Counted from the stretch's first letter, positions 20,946-35,787 are shown. The stretch is DNA of 64,000 nt from Candidatus Spongiisociaceae bacterium (GCA_965262915.1 OZ253564.1:672001-736000); one strand, 5' to 3'. Numbers and translations are program-made. Notes: generated by a model from the sequence alone, not told the origin.

Positions 20946-23795
20946 TGGAGTTGCCCCGCTTTTTCGGACACTTCGCGATTTGTTATCCACAGGGTGGTTG
21001 GGGACTCGGCTCGTAGTCTACGGGTGAGTGGTATCCGATGGCTGAGTGCCACCGGTGGGGTTGTAGAAACCTTCGATGTAGTCGAAGACGGCGGAGCGGG
21101 CCTGGTTCCGGGTGGCGAAGCTGGTCCGGTCCAGGAGTTCGGTCTCGAGGGTGGCGAAGAACGACTCGGCTACCGCGTTGTCGTAAGCGTCGCCTCGTCG
21201 TCCCATCGATACTGCGATGCCGGCTTGGGCACAGCGGGCCCCGAACGCCCCCGAGGTGGGTTGGGAACCCCTATCCGAATGATGGATCACCCTCTCCGGC
21301 CGTCGGCGTGCGATGGCCATGTCCAAAGCGTCGGTGACCAGCGGTGTAGCCATGTCATCTCGCATGGACCATCCAACGACCCGCCGTGACCAGACATCGA
21401 TCACAACCGCGAGGTACCCGAACCCTGCTCCCGTCGGGACATACGTTATGTCCGATACCCAGGTTCGGTCTGGCCGGAGTTTGGCGGGTGCGTGGGGGTT
21501 TGGTTATGGGGGAGGCCGCTGACCTGGGGTTTTGCGGTGTTGGGTACCGTTTGGGTAGGGATTTGTAGGGGCGACATATGGTTGGTTGGCCGGGCTGTTA
21601 GTGGTATTATCCTGGGGTATGTTCGTGAAGACGACCCGCCGCCGCAGGGGCGACAAGGTGTACGAGTATTTGTCTTTGGTGGAGTCCGTCCGCGACGGCC
21701 CGAAGGTCGGGCATCGGACCCTTCTGCGCCTGGGGGAGGTGACCGCTTTACGCGAGTCGGGCCAGCTGGAGCGGATCGTGGCCGCCCTGGAACGTCATCT
21801 ACGACGCGAACGGGTCGATGTCGGGGCGTTGGCGGCTGAAGGGGCGCCCGGGGTGGGGGCGGTAGCGGCGGTGTGGGCGGTGTGGCAGCGGTTGGGCCTT
21901 GGGGAGTGGTTCGCTGCGGTCGGCGCCGTACGGGGCGCGAAGGCCCTGGAGCATGCGGTGTTCGCGATGGTGGCGAACCGGCTGGTGGCGCCGTGCTCGA
22001 AGCGGCGGCTGGTCGAGTGGGCGGCTTGTGATGTGGTGATGCCCGATGGCTGGTCGGCTCCGTCGCTTGACCAGTACTACCGGGCTTTGGATGCGGTAGC
22101 CGCCGCCAAAGACGGAACCGAAATGCATCTGTATGCGCGGTTGTGCGACTTGACGAACCTGGACCTGAGGCTGGTGTGCTACGACGTCGCCTCCACGTAT
22201 TTCGAGGGTTCGACCCGTCCCTCTGAGCGGTTCCCCTCCCGCGCGTTCGGGTACTCGCGGGACCATCGCGCGGATCGGCCCCAGATAATGATCGGCCTGT
22301 TATGCACCTCCGATGGGATCCCTATCGCCCATCGGGTGTTTTCGGGGAACACCAACGACGCCACCACCCTGCCGGCCGTGTTGGGCGACCTCGCGGAGCG
22401 GTTCGCGGTGGGCCGGATCTGTGTAGTCGCCGACCGTGGCCTGATCTCGGCAGCCAACATCGACGTGGTCGCCGAAGCCGGGTTCGACCACCTATTAGCC
22501 ACGAAGCTGCGCCGCGACCGCATCAGCACCGAAGCCCTTGCGGCCATCGAGGACGACACCGCCTGGGTCGACATCGCCCAGCTGTGCTGCCGCGCCGCCG
22601 ATATCTGCCTCGACGACGGGACCCGCGCGGTTGTGGTCGAGTCCGACGCCCGCGCCCGCCGAGACGACGCCCGCACAGCGCAGATCGTCGCCACCGCCGA
22701 GGCCAAGCTCCCGGCGTTGGAGCACCGCGTCCGCGCCGGGCGGCTGAAGGACTCCGCCAAAATAGGGGCAGCCGCCCAGCGCATCCTCGCCTCCGGCGGC
22801 GCGGGGCGGCTCTTCGACACAGAGATCGGAGCGGGCCGGTTCCTCTACCACTACAACGAAGACGCCCACGCATACGAAGAACTCCTCGCCGGTCGCTACG
22901 TGCTAGCTACCAGCCTCACACCCAACCAAGCTGACACCGCCCAAGTCGTGGACTACTACCGCCAACTGCAAGCAGTCGAAGCCCGCTTCCGGGTCGTCGG
23001 AGACTTCCTACGGCTCCGCCCGGTGCGGCACTGGACCGAACAACGAGTCCGCGGCCACGTCGCTGTCTGCGTCTACGCCACCCTAATCGAGACCCTCATC
23101 AACCACGCCCTCGTAGCAGCCGACGTCCGCGACTCCGACCTCGGCGACCAACACCTCACCGCCGCCCGAGCCCTGCGCGACCTCAACCGCATCCGCCGCC
23201 ACCAACTCACAGCCAACAGTCGCCGAATCCATCTCACCACCCGCCGAACCCCCCTACAAAACCGAACCCTCACCGCCATCGGAGCAGACACCCGCACCTG
23301 GGACAAAGCCACCATTACCTGACCCCATCACCAGCCCCCACACCGCCCATGTAGTGGAAACACCCCACCCCCAAACCCCCCTGACCAGGCAAAACGCGAA
23401 ACACCCGCCAAATTCGGGTCTGGTCCGTCAGCTGTGAACTCTCTTCGTACCAGATCAGGTGCCGCCGCCTGGGCGGGATTCTGCCTGGTAGTAGCTATCT
23501 TGCGGCGGCGGTGAACACCCTGGATACGGGCCTGGCGTATGAGACGGGCTACCCGCTTGCGGCCCACACATACACCCTCGAAGCTCAGTTCGGCGTGAAT
23601 GCGGGGAGCACCATAGGTGCCCCGTGACCGGCTGTGGATATCGACGATCCGGTTCCGCAGTGACCGATCAGCGTGTTCGCGGGCGGATGGGCTGCGGCGG
23701 AGCCATGCGTAGTAGCCGCTGGCCGACCACACCCAGCAGGCTGCACATGCGCCGCACGGAATGGGAGGCCTGGTTGGCTTTCACGAACCCATGAG
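20946..23795 (-). mobile_element. IS3-family remnant (orfB) interrupted by IS1634
   Basis: TYGAPRIHAEL, HHSDRGSQ, DNAVAESFFATLETE; IR TGGAGTTGCCCC. Confidence 0.85.
21474..23418 (+). mobile_element. IS1634-family element (transposase ~21619-23322)
   Basis: IRs CCGGAGTTTGGCGGG/CCCGCCAAATTCGGG; TCTGG duplication; STYFEG, FGYSRDHR, VADRG, RPVRHW. Confidence 0.92.
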
Positions 23796-23809
23796 ACCTG
23801 CGTTACGCA

Positions 23810-24358
23810 CTAAGGGCGAGTTGCGCTTAGCCGCTCAATTAGTCCAGCTATATGACCGCGCATCTCTGTCCCCAGACGACTGTCGACCCCGGCCAAACGG
23901 CGTATGAGGGTGGCAGGATCCACCAGCCCTTCATCCATTAGAGCAGCGCAGTACTCCCGGTCCTTCAGGCGATAGGCAATAGCCTTGGATATCCATAGGT
24001 CATGTATGTCAAGGCACCATGCCACTACACAGTTGGTGCTTGGTGTCTCGTATCTGACGAGACGCTTCTGCCAGCCTTGAGGGAGAACAGCCGTGGTCTC
24101 GATGACCCCCTGCGCGTAGTATCCGAAGGTCGTATGGAACATCGACCCTTCGCCGATGGAACCATCGATCAAGTCAGCCTTTTGTTCGTGGGGATCGTCT
24201 AACGCAGCAATGTCCGTTTCCACGGATAGGGCCGCTACCGGCGGGAGAGGCCCAGGGATCGACGCGTAAAGGGCTTGACTGTCAATCACCAAGACTTCTT
24301 TCTCGCCCAAGATTGCGCCAGAAGCCCGGATAGCGTGATCGAACGCCTGCCGGTTCAG
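23810..24358 (-). CDS. DUF6036-like nucleotidyltransferase-fold protein
   Basis: DLIDGSIGEGSMFHTTFGYYAQGV...LPQGWQKRL...HDL..SK...R.KD. Confidence 0.7.
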   Translation of the reverse strand: MNRQAFDHAIRASGAILGEKEVLVIDSQALYASIPGPLPPVAALSVETDIAALDDPHEQKADLIDGSIGEGSMFHTTFGYYAQGVIETTAVLPQGWQKRLVRYETPSTNCVVAWCLDIHDLWISKAIAYRLKDREYCAALMDEGLVDPATLIRRLAGVDSRLGTEMRGHIAGLIERLSATRP

Positions 24359-24702
24359 GCTGCACCAATGAACGGGTTGGAGGCGCCTACGCGCCGGGTA
24401 GCCCTGAACGCCCGGTAAACATCAGCGCGACGGACGGGAGAGAGTATCCCGCCGAAGGGGGTGACCTGCCGAAGGTCTTGGCCGTGGACGCTGGGGTCGA
24501 GCATGCGTGCGACGATCTGGCGGATCGAGCCCTGGATGATCCGCTCCCATTCGTCTAGGAGCGGCAACGCATGCGGATTGGCTGACCGCATCCGGGCAAT
24601 GTTCCGTCGGGTGATCTCGGCAATTTCCCTTCTGCCGAGGGATACCAGTTCCTCTGCTATAGCGGTATGCAAGAACAGGCTCCGCTCCTGATCGCGGGTC
24701 AC
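24355..24702 (-). CDS. putative antitoxin partner of the DUF6036-like gene
   Basis: RSLFLHTAIAEEL...EWERI...DLRQVTPFGGIL. Confidence 0.6.
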   Translation of the reverse strand: MTRDQERSLFLHTAIAEELVSLGRREIAEITRRNIARMRSANPHALPLLDEWERIIQGSIRQIVARMLDPSVHGQDLRQVTPFGGILSPVRRADVYRAFRATRRVGASNPFIGAA

Positions 24703-25169
24703 AGGCTCCTCTCCTGATCGCGGGTTATTTTCTCAGTATATCGCGGTCATGTGGGGACACACCGGCGCGCAGTCACAAACCGATGACCCGCAACGAGTTT
24801 CTAACGACCGGACTCACCGAAGGGCCAGCGCCCACCACCCTCGGCGCTCCCCTGGTGGCCCGGCCACAGCGCGGTCAGGTCCCCACGCTCCCGGCCGTGT
24901 CTAGGGGCCAACTGACTCCCCGGTAACCGTCACTGCCAATTTCGTGCATCCTGCCTCTAACCGATGCATCCATCACCACACTCGGACGGAACGCGTCAAA
25001 GATGTAATCATCGTCGTATGGCCCAAGACCTCCTAGACGGAACCATCTGGGGTGACTTCGCCGTGATCGCCCGCCTCGAAGCAACTGTAGTAGTGCTGTG
25101 GGGCGGTGAACACTTCGCGCCTGTCCGTCACCGCACAATCAAAGACACAATCAAAAACTGCGCCCACCA

Positions 25170-25325
25170 TCATCAACACCGTAGGACCCGGATTCGCGTC
25201 ACCCACCCGGTCGCCCAACCGCAGGGTGGGATCCACCTACTCTTCTAACCCACGACGATCCATCAACGTTGCGGCTGGCGGCAACCCCGCGTCGGATACC
25301 AGCAGCGCATCATCGAAAACCACCC
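25170..25325 (-). mobile_element. IS1380 5' fragment
   Basis: Similar to 14020-14190 (VVFDD..LV.DAG; LGDRVGDANPG). Confidence 0.6.
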
Positions 25326-25408
25326 CAAGGAGTCAATACTGCGGCGAGGCTCCACCGGGTCCGTTTGGTCGGCATAGCGCCAGGGTAGGCGTACGATTCT
25401 GAGGTGTT

Positions 25409-25813
25409 ATGGACCGTGAACAGCGCCCGGTGTCGAATGTGGACCAGATTGCTGGTTTGTTACTGGAAGGGAGGAATGCTTTTCGTGTTCGTGAGGCGGT
25501 TGCATTTCGGAATGGTCGCGGCGAGCGGCGGGTGAGTTGGTGGGCTCATCGGGCGGAGTTGGATGTGCTCCGGGAACATGCTGGGGGATTGAAGTCGAGT
25601 GTGAGCGCTGTGGTGCGGCAGTGGTGGCTGGACGGTCTGCCGTTGTTAATAGATACTTCGGTGATGTTGGGGGATTCTGGGGGTTGGACGGTTTATGTTC
25701 ATCATTTACCGCGGTTCTTGCCTCGTGCTAGAGGTACGCCTCGTGGGGAGTGGGTGGAGTGGCCGTTGCCAGAGGGGGTGTTGGACTTGGAGACAGGCCC
25801 TTCGGGCAGGTAG
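25409..25813 (+). CDS. hypothetical protein
   Basis: GAGG RBS; 134 aa. Confidence 0.45.
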   Translation: MDREQRPVSNVDQIAGLLLEGRNAFRVREAVAFRNGRGERRVSWWAHRAELDVLREHAGGLKSSVSAVVRQWWLDGLPLLIDTSVMLGDSGGWTVYVHHLPRFLPRARGTPRGEWVEWPLPEGVLDLETGPSGR

Positions 25814-25996
25814 CACCCACCGCCCGTTTAGGGATGGCTGTCGGATACCCATGCTGTGAGGGGTGGATGGGGTGTAACAGAAAGACCCGGGGGATGGCGT
25901 GTGTTACGGGTTGTTTGGTTGTTGTCACTCGCGTGTAGGGTTTTATATTTTCGGCTGTCGGATAGGTCTGTTACGTGTTACAGATCCCCCCCCCAG

Positions 25997-27589
25997 GGGG
26001 GTCCCTGTCTTGTTGTCAAGCGGCTTGGGGCAGGTTTTCGGACTTGTCGGGGTTGGTAGGGGGTTCGGTTCTTGAGCATGGCGAGGATGATGTTGGGGCG
26101 GCGGCGGGCGACGCAGACGACGGCGGCGTTGTGGCGTTTGCCCTCGGCTCGTTTACGCAAGTAGTAGGCGCGGGCGTCGGGATCGTGTCGGGTAGCGACG
26201 AACGCGGCGATGAACATAGCGTTTTTTTGGGCGGTGGTTACCGCCCCTGGGCCGTCGGGTGGTACTGGTGCGGCCTGATTGCCAGTCGACGGGGGCGAGG
26301 CCAGCTGTATGCGGCTAGACGGCGTGGGTTGGCGAAACGGTTGGGGTCGCCGATCTCAGCGAGGGTGCGGGCGCCGGTGCGGGGCCCGCACCCGCACATT
26401 GTGTTGAGGACTTGTTCGGAGGGGATGCTCCAGGAACGCCTACGCGATGTCGGCCTCGAGTTGGTCTCGGCGCCCGGTGATACGGTCCAAGTCGGCTGCG
26501 AGGTCACCAATTGGTTCGCACCAGGTGGCTTCGGCGACCACGGTGACGGTCTGAGCGGCCAGGGCAGCCCAGATGGCGTCAGCGACGCTTGGGGCTGAGC
26601 GGCCCGAGCGTTTAGCGATCAACCTCCGGATACGGGCCTTGCCGGCGTTGCGCAACGCGGTGGGCGTCGACCATTTTATGAGCACAGTTCGCAGTCCAGG
26701 CACGGACACGAGTTTGTCTCCTATGGCACGTTCGAGAGCTGGGGAAACGGCTAAGCCTGAATCCACCGATGGGGAGGGCGCAGCGGACATGGGGATATGG
26801 TGGAAATGCCTCCTGATCTGCGGCGATAGCTATTGGTAAGGATGGTTCGGTCCTGGGAAGAGGAACAACTTCCTGTGAGTGGTGGATCCCGGAGATCGCC
26901 CTGGTCAGGATTGGTTTTCGGAACATGAATCGGTGGATTCAGGCTAAGAGGGCGTCTCTCAGGCGGTTCGCGGCTCTGGTGGCGTCCCCAGCCAGGTCTG
27001 TGTCCCGCCCGTTGAGGATACGCAGACGGGCCAATAGCTCGTCGGTGACGCTGGTCCATGTCAGCCGGTCCGGCGTTACGCCGAGCGTAATAAGCCAAGA
27101 CCTGGGCGTCTTTAGGATCGGTCTTGGCCGCGCCGGCGTAGAGGTCCGCGGCCCGACGCATCACCAGACCCGACACATAGGCCACCGGGATCCCGCACTC
27201 GGCCGCCACAGTCAAGGCCAACACAGCCGCAGACGAGGTCGTATCGACCACCAGCGCCGGGTGGCCATGTGTAGCCGCCTCGTCGATGACCTGCCGGATG
27301 TCCGCCTCGTCGTTGGTAACCGGCCGGAAAAACAGCGCCTCGCCACGAGCCGACACCGCACAGACGAAATGTTTGCCCTTGGCGATGTCCACACCAACGA
27401 ACACCTCGGCTGGCTGGGAACGATCTTGCACTCCAAGATTCCTCTCTGTCGGAGCGTATTCATCCGCTGCTCGCAGGTACCAACGCCTCAACCACATCTG
27501 CGAACCAGCCCCACAACTTCGGTGCATGTCCCCCTCAGAGATCGCAGGCACCCAACCACGGCGGGTGACATCACCCCCCAGGCCATCTC
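25997..27589 (-). mobile_element. IS110-family element (IS900-like), frameshifted, MITE-interrupted, truncated by IS3
   Basis: GVDIAK, KTDPKDA, GPRTGARTLAEIGD, GKRHNAAVV. Confidence 0.85.
26756..26943 (+). mobile_element. 188-bp IS1380-derived MITE
   Basis: IRs CCTGAATCCACCGAT/ATCGGTGGATTCAGG; CTAAG duplication; keeps the ACTTCCTGTGAGTG start region. Confidence 0.85.
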
Positions 27590-27928
27590 TGAACCGTACC
27601 GGGTTTCCCGGAGAGTGTTTTACTTGACACCAGCTACCTGGGCTGGGGTGTGCTCTTGATGGTAGTTGGCCTCCTTTTCTGTGGGTCGGATGTCTCCGAT
27701 GGGTTCCAAGAGCCGGCGGTGGTTGAACCAGTCGACGTATTCGAGGGTGGCGTACTCGAGGTGGTCGAGGTCCTTCCAGGGAGCGCGTTTGTGGATGAGT
27801 TCTGTCTTGTACAGACCGACGACGGATTCGGCGAGGGCGTTATCGTACGAATCCCCAACCGAGCCGACCGATGGTTCGATACCGACCTCCGCCAAGCGGT
27901 TGATGTATCGAATGGACAAATATTGGGT

Positions 27929-30879
<2,951 letters not shown>

Positions 30880-31214
30880 TCATTCGCCCGCCGCAACTCT
30901 CGGTTCTCCCGGCGCAACTCCTTCAACTCCGCCAGCTGATCCGAGCTCAGTCCAGGGCGCACACCCTGATCCGTCTCAGCCCGCCGTACCCACTTGCGTA
31001 GCGTCTCGGACGAACACCCGAACTTCTCCGCTCCCGAACAGATAGCCGCCCACCCAAAGCGGTGCTCCCCCCGATGCTCCAACACCATCCGGACAGCACG
31101 CTCCCGCACCTCCGGCGAATACATCATCAGTCTTCCCATGACTCCATTATCTCCCAACTAATCGAGTCTCCGGAAAACCCGGTGCGGTTCAAACATCTGG
31201 CAGGGATATAAGGT

Positions 31215-31600
31215 GTGGGGTCGGACCGGGGCGCCCTTCCTGCTCTTCAGCTGGTGGGTTTCTGGTGGCCAGCCCTCCGAACCGGACAAGCAACTTCGGC
31301 TGCACCCGGCTCTCTATGTGTCCACACCAATACTGGTTCAGCCTTGGTCTGCATCACACGTACCCGCCACCCGGCCTCCTGGAAGGTCGGGCCACAGCGC
31401 GTCGGGATTTTCGCCAGCCACCTCCGTGATCAGCACTTCGGCTACGAACACACTCGATGCCTTCGCCATGCGACCGGCTTTCCCGGCCCCGGACTACTAC
31501 AGGTCCTTCACCCATTCTATCGGCATCAGCCGACAACGGGCCTCACCTGCCGGCCGACAGGCACCGGCGGGACGGTTCCCACGTTCGGTTCCCAACCGAT
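31215..31600 (-). ncRNA. 3' half of a second RT-less group II intron
   Basis: Domain V GAGCCGGGTGCAGCCGAAGTTGCTTGTCCGGTTC, end CCCCAC; homologous to 29260-29672. Confidence 0.8.
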
Positions 31601-31630
31601 TAACAGCGTCGTCTTTTCGGCGGGCCGGGC

Positions 31631-34603
31631 TCAGCCGGGAGGCCGTCTAGGGGATGCTAGTTTGATGCCGGCTCGGATTCGGGTTACTTTGCCTTCAACA
31701 CGTGCGGTTTGTGATGGTCCGTATTGGTTGGTGAGGAAGCGTTGAAGGTTTCGAGTCGGGAGGGGCTCGACCCCGTTTGCTTGACACCATCCGCCGTAGG
31801 AGACGATGAACGCGGCGGTGGGGGTGGCCGCGTCGGAGTCCTGGATGATGCAATTTCTTGCCCACTGGTGGATGGTGTCTACCGGTTGTGGGTGGTTGCC
31901 ATGAGAACCCGACACCGGACCGGCGGTTGCGGTCGCTGGTGGGGTGGTTGTGTGCTGTTGCTGTTGTGCCGCTTGTTCGGTGGAGAGGAGTTGGCCGGTT
32001 CGGAGCCAGTGGGCGATGCGTGTGGGGAGGGTGTCGAAGTGGTCGAGTCTTCGGTCGATGGGTTCGAGGCCGGTGTTTTCGGTGATTTGTTGAGTGATGT
32101 CGTGGTCGGTTCGGAGGTGGCTCCAGGTTTGGTCGGCGTTGATGCCCTTGAGTTGGAACGCTGATGAGGGTTCGCCGTCTTGGGTGATCTGGCAGGTGAA
32201 GTGCCATTGGGGCATTCCGAGCAGATCCCCGCTTTCGATAGGCGTCGAACCGTAGTTTTCGTGGTCTTGCCGTAGGCGGGTACCGTGTTGTTGTCCGCCC
32301 ATGGCTTTGGCCAGGATCTCGGCGTCTTTGGGGTTTCCCAGCTGCCCGACGAAGAGGTGGGTGCGGTTGGCGATGATGACATCTCGCATCTTGGCAGACA
32401 GCACCGAGGGGCTCTGGTTGATGAAGTGGACCTTCGCTCCGAACTTTCTCAGTTCCTGGACGGTCACCTCGGCCTGTGCTTCCAGCACCGGCGCATAGCT
32501 TTGAAATTCGTCGAGGAACAGATGGAAGGGACGGACGGGTTGGCCCGGTTGGTGGGTGAGGCTTCGTTCTTTGAACGCTGTGACCATTTCCCCCACGATG
32601 AGTCTGGCGAGGAGGTTGTCGGTTTCTGATCGATCGTTATTGGTGACTGCCAAAAGGATCTGTCCTTGGTCGATGATGTCGCGCCACCGCAGGGTGCTCT
32701 GGCTGGCGCCCAACAAGGCTTGGATGCGGTCTTGGGTTTTCCACTGCTCCAATGCGTTGAGAGTTGGCGTCAACGCGGCCGATGTGGAGCCTTTGTCACC
32801 GACCCACTGCGGGAAGGTCTGGTGCCACCATCTCTGGTCCCGGAAAGGCAGTTTGGCTGTGGCCAGGTTCCTCCATGCTTCGTCCAGCAGCAGGTTCTCC
32901 AGGCAGAAGATGTTGGCCTGGATTGGTGGGGGGAGCCGATAGTTGAGGTTGAGGAGGCATGCCAACGAGTTACGGATGATGGTGCCCGTTCGGGGTGCTT
33001 TGGCGTTCGGGCCGATGTAGGTGGGGAACAGCGCTCCCGGGAGCATGCCTCTGAGATTTTCGATCCGACCTTTGCGCATCTCTGGAGGCACGACGGTGAG
33101 GTCGAGCGGATTCCAGGCCGCCGAGACGGGTTCTCCCCGGATGTCGGTGGCTTGGAGATCGATCTCCAAGATCCTGTGACCGTGACGCGCTCCGAGTCGC
33201 CGTTTGATTTCGTGAACCGCGGTTCGGTGCGGGTCGAGGAACAGGAACCCCCGTCCGGTTTCCGCGAGAGCGATCACCCGGGACAGCGCGTGCCAGGTTT
33301 TTCCCGATCCAGTCGCTCCCACGGTCCAGTCCACCAACGGATCGGTGGGCCCACCCCAGGGGATGCCCACGAGCCGTTCGGTGCCGTTATCGTCGGAAAC
33401 CACCCCGATCGGCATCAACTCTCCGGGTGCCTGGGGAAGAAACGTTGGCAGCGCAGGAGGGTCGGGCAGTCGCTTCGAAGTGGTTGCTCTGCCGATGCCG
33501 GCGGGAGGTGGCGCCAAAAGTACTTTCAAAGCATGCCAATGGAAGGCGGGAACGTCCCGACTGACTGTGCCCCGTGTCCACATGTCGTCGAACCGCTTGT
33601 CGGAGACATTCTTCCGCACCGCCAGTCGGTTGTGGTCGGTCGCCCAAGAGGTGCCCAACACCCGGCAGATGCGATCCGCGACCTGCTGACACTCGGCGGC
33701 GTGACCCGGTCCCTTACGAGCTACCCGCAACAACACCCGCACACCCGCCACCAACGCCCGGGTGTCGTCCGATTCCCAGATCCGTCGGTCCGGGTCGGAC
33801 TCACCTAACGTTCTTAGCCGCTCCCGGCACGCCCGTTCCCGCTCGGACACAGACAAAGGCAACACGTCAATCTTCATCTGGACATCGACCGCCGGATGGT
33901 CCGCGATGACGTCGCCTATCGGTGCCATGGGATGATCAGGGCTCGTGAGCGCGGTGTGAAGCGGTCGGGACAACACCCGGGGTGCCAGGAACCGGCGCAC
34001 CACCGAACCTCCACCCTCTTCCACAGGCAGACTGTCCGAGACCTCCACTCTGGCGTCGTAGGGCCAGGGTTCGATCTTGTGCTCGGGCCACACCGAACTC
34101 ACAGCCCGTTCAACACTCCGTTTTATTTCCCGATCAACCGACACGACCCACACCAACCCGTCCCCCTCATGGGCGGCCCACAACACCCGAACCACCCGTC
34201 GAGAAGCGGTGTTCAGGTCGCCGGCGGTGCGCAACAGCCACCGCCAGAAATCCATGACAGGATCACCCTTCCCTCGTCTGAGGCTCGGTCCTGCACCAGC
34301 CCGCCGACGCTCACCACCCCGCACGGGCACCACCGCAATCACCTCCCGACCCTCCAGATGCCAGCCACCTCCAACATCAGCACGACCGCCCACCAACCAA
34401 CGCCGCACCCACCACACCACAGCGGCCACGCAGCCCACAACCACTACCACAGCAACCACTTGGACGAGACGGTCAAGGTTAACTACCAACCTAGGACCCG
34501 CCCACGTAGACCACAACAAAGGACCCACAAACAACGCCGCCAGGGCACCATTTGCGAGGAGACCACCCTTTACGTGTTTGGTTTCTTCCTTTTTCTGCCT
34601 CAT
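31631..34603 (-). CDS. conjugative coupling protein/VirB4-TraD-like ATPase with N-terminal TMs and C-terminal winged helix
   Basis: GATGSGKT, FLDPH, LFLDEFQ, ELRKFG, INQSP. Confidence 0.8.
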   Translation of the reverse strand: MRQKKEETKHVKGGLLANGALAALFVGPLLWSTWAGPRLVVNLDRLVQVVAVVVVVGCVAAVVWWVRRWLVGGRADVGGGWHLEGREVIAVVPVRGGERRRAGAGPSLRRGKGDPVMDFWRWLLRTAGDLNTASRRVVRVLWAAHEGDGLVWVVSVDREIKRSVERAVSSVWPEHKIEPWPYDARVEVSDSLPVEEGGGSVVRRFLAPRVLSRPLHTALTSPDHPMAPIGDVIADHPAVDVQMKIDVLPLSVSERERACRERLRTLGESDPDRRIWESDDTRALVAGVRVLLRVARKGPGHAAECQQVADRICRVLGTSWATDHNRLAVRKNVSDKRFDDMWTRGTVSRDVPAFHWHALKVLLAPPPAGIGRATTSKRLPDPPALPTFLPQAPGELMPIGVVSDDNGTERLVGIPWGGPTDPLVDWTVGATGSGKTWHALSRVIALAETGRGFLFLDPHRTAVHEIKRRLGARHGHRILEIDLQATDIRGEPVSAAWNPLDLTVVPPEMRKGRIENLRGMLPGALFPTYIGPNAKAPRTGTIIRNSLACLLNLNYRLPPPIQANIFCLENLLLDEAWRNLATAKLPFRDQRWWHQTFPQWVGDKGSTSAALTPTLNALEQWKTQDRIQALLGASQSTLRWRDIIDQGQILLAVTNNDRSETDNLLARLIVGEMVTAFKERSLTHQPGQPVRPFHLFLDEFQSYAPVLEAQAEVTVQELRKFGAKVHFINQSPSVLSAKMRDVIIANRTHLFVGQLGNPKDAEILAKAMGGQQHGTRLRQDHENYGSTPIESGDLLGMPQWHFTCQITQDGEPSSAFQLKGINADQTWSHLRTDHDITQQITENTGLEPIDRRLDHFDTLPTRIAHWLRTGQLLSTEQAAQQQQHTTTPPATATAGPVSGSHGNHPQPVDTIHQWARNCIIQDSDAATPTAAFIVSYGGWCQANGVEPLPTRNLQRFLTNQYGPSQTARVEGKVTRIRAGIKLASPRRPPG

Positions 34604-34790
34604 ACCCTCACCTTTCTGTAGTTAACGAGACATCCAAGAGATCTCAAGATATTTGCCCGTGGATGCCATTCATTGTATATATCTATATTGCTCCCTGATA
34701 GGCGACAGTCTCGAAAAACCGGGATTGACCTGACGTTTCCCTCGGATTCCCGATTCGTAAAGCTGAGTTGCGAAACGTCGTTTTATCGGC

Positions 34791-34823
34791 CATACTTATT
34801 GTTGTATGTATTTTTGTATGTAT
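34791..34823 (+). promoter_or_regulatory. candidate operator in an AT-rich divergent intergenic region
   Basis: TTGTATGTAT direct repeat at 34802 and 34814, upstream of the XRE gene. Confidence 0.35.
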
Positions 34824-34863
34824 GGCATATGTTAGGCATACAGCGTCGGCTAGTGTGGCGGTA

Positions 34864-35787
34864 TGTCTTCGGAGTCGAAACCACGCTCAACTCCTCGCTG
34901 TTATCTGACCGCGGACGGGGAATGGCCAGACGGTCCCCTCGAGGACGGAGCCATACCCGAAGCCAGCCTCTCCCAGGCGATCACTTGGAGACTCAGAGAG
35001 GCCCTGGACCGCGATAGGGGAACCCGAGACGACGTAGCCGCCAAGGCCTGCCTTTCCCCTGCGACGATTTACAAGCTTCTCCGTGGAGCCTCATGGAGTC
35101 GTGTCCCTACCATCGCGCGGCTCGAACGGATCCTTCGGTACCCCGGTTGTGGGGTAACGAACACCTCCGCCCCCCTCCCCGTTTCTACATCGCCTCCGGT
35201 GAATGGCCCGACGGGCGACTAGACACGGAAGCCCCGCCTGAAGTCCGCCTCGCTCGGGCGGTTGTCCTAAGGCTCGAACAAGAACGCGGGAGCCGCCGCC
35301 TGGAGTATGTCGCCAGGGAAGCTGGCGTCAGTGTCCCAACCCTGAGAGACCTCTGCAACGGAACGTTTTGGGGTGATTTGGACACTATCGCCCGTCTCGA
35401 ACGGTTCCTCGAAATTCGACTATGGGGCGACGAACATCAGAAGCGGTCGAGTTTCCCCCCCGAGGCTACCTAGGTGTTGGAGTCTGGCCAGAGGGGCGGC
35501 TGAAAGGCGATGCTCCACCAGAAGCCCGCCTCGCTCAGGCAATGGTGCTCAGGCTCCACAGCGCCTGCAGCAAATCCTCACCCGAAAAGGTTGCCCAACA
35601 AGCCGAAATCCCCCTCAGAGTCGTCCAAGACCTCCTAGACGGCGCCATCTGGCCTGATTACGCGGTCGTCGTCCGTCTCGACACAGCTGGAATAGTGCTA
35701 TGGGGCAGCGAAAACCGCCAGGATGTCCGTAAACGCACAATCAAAGAAACGAAGCGAGAGGAATACCGCCTGAGCAGACGGCGGTAG
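34864..35787 (+). pseudogene. protein with three tandem XRE-HTH units, frameshifted
   Basis: Three repeats of PR.Y...G.WP.G.L....P.E..L...VA..A...W......RL...LWG. Confidence 0.7.
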
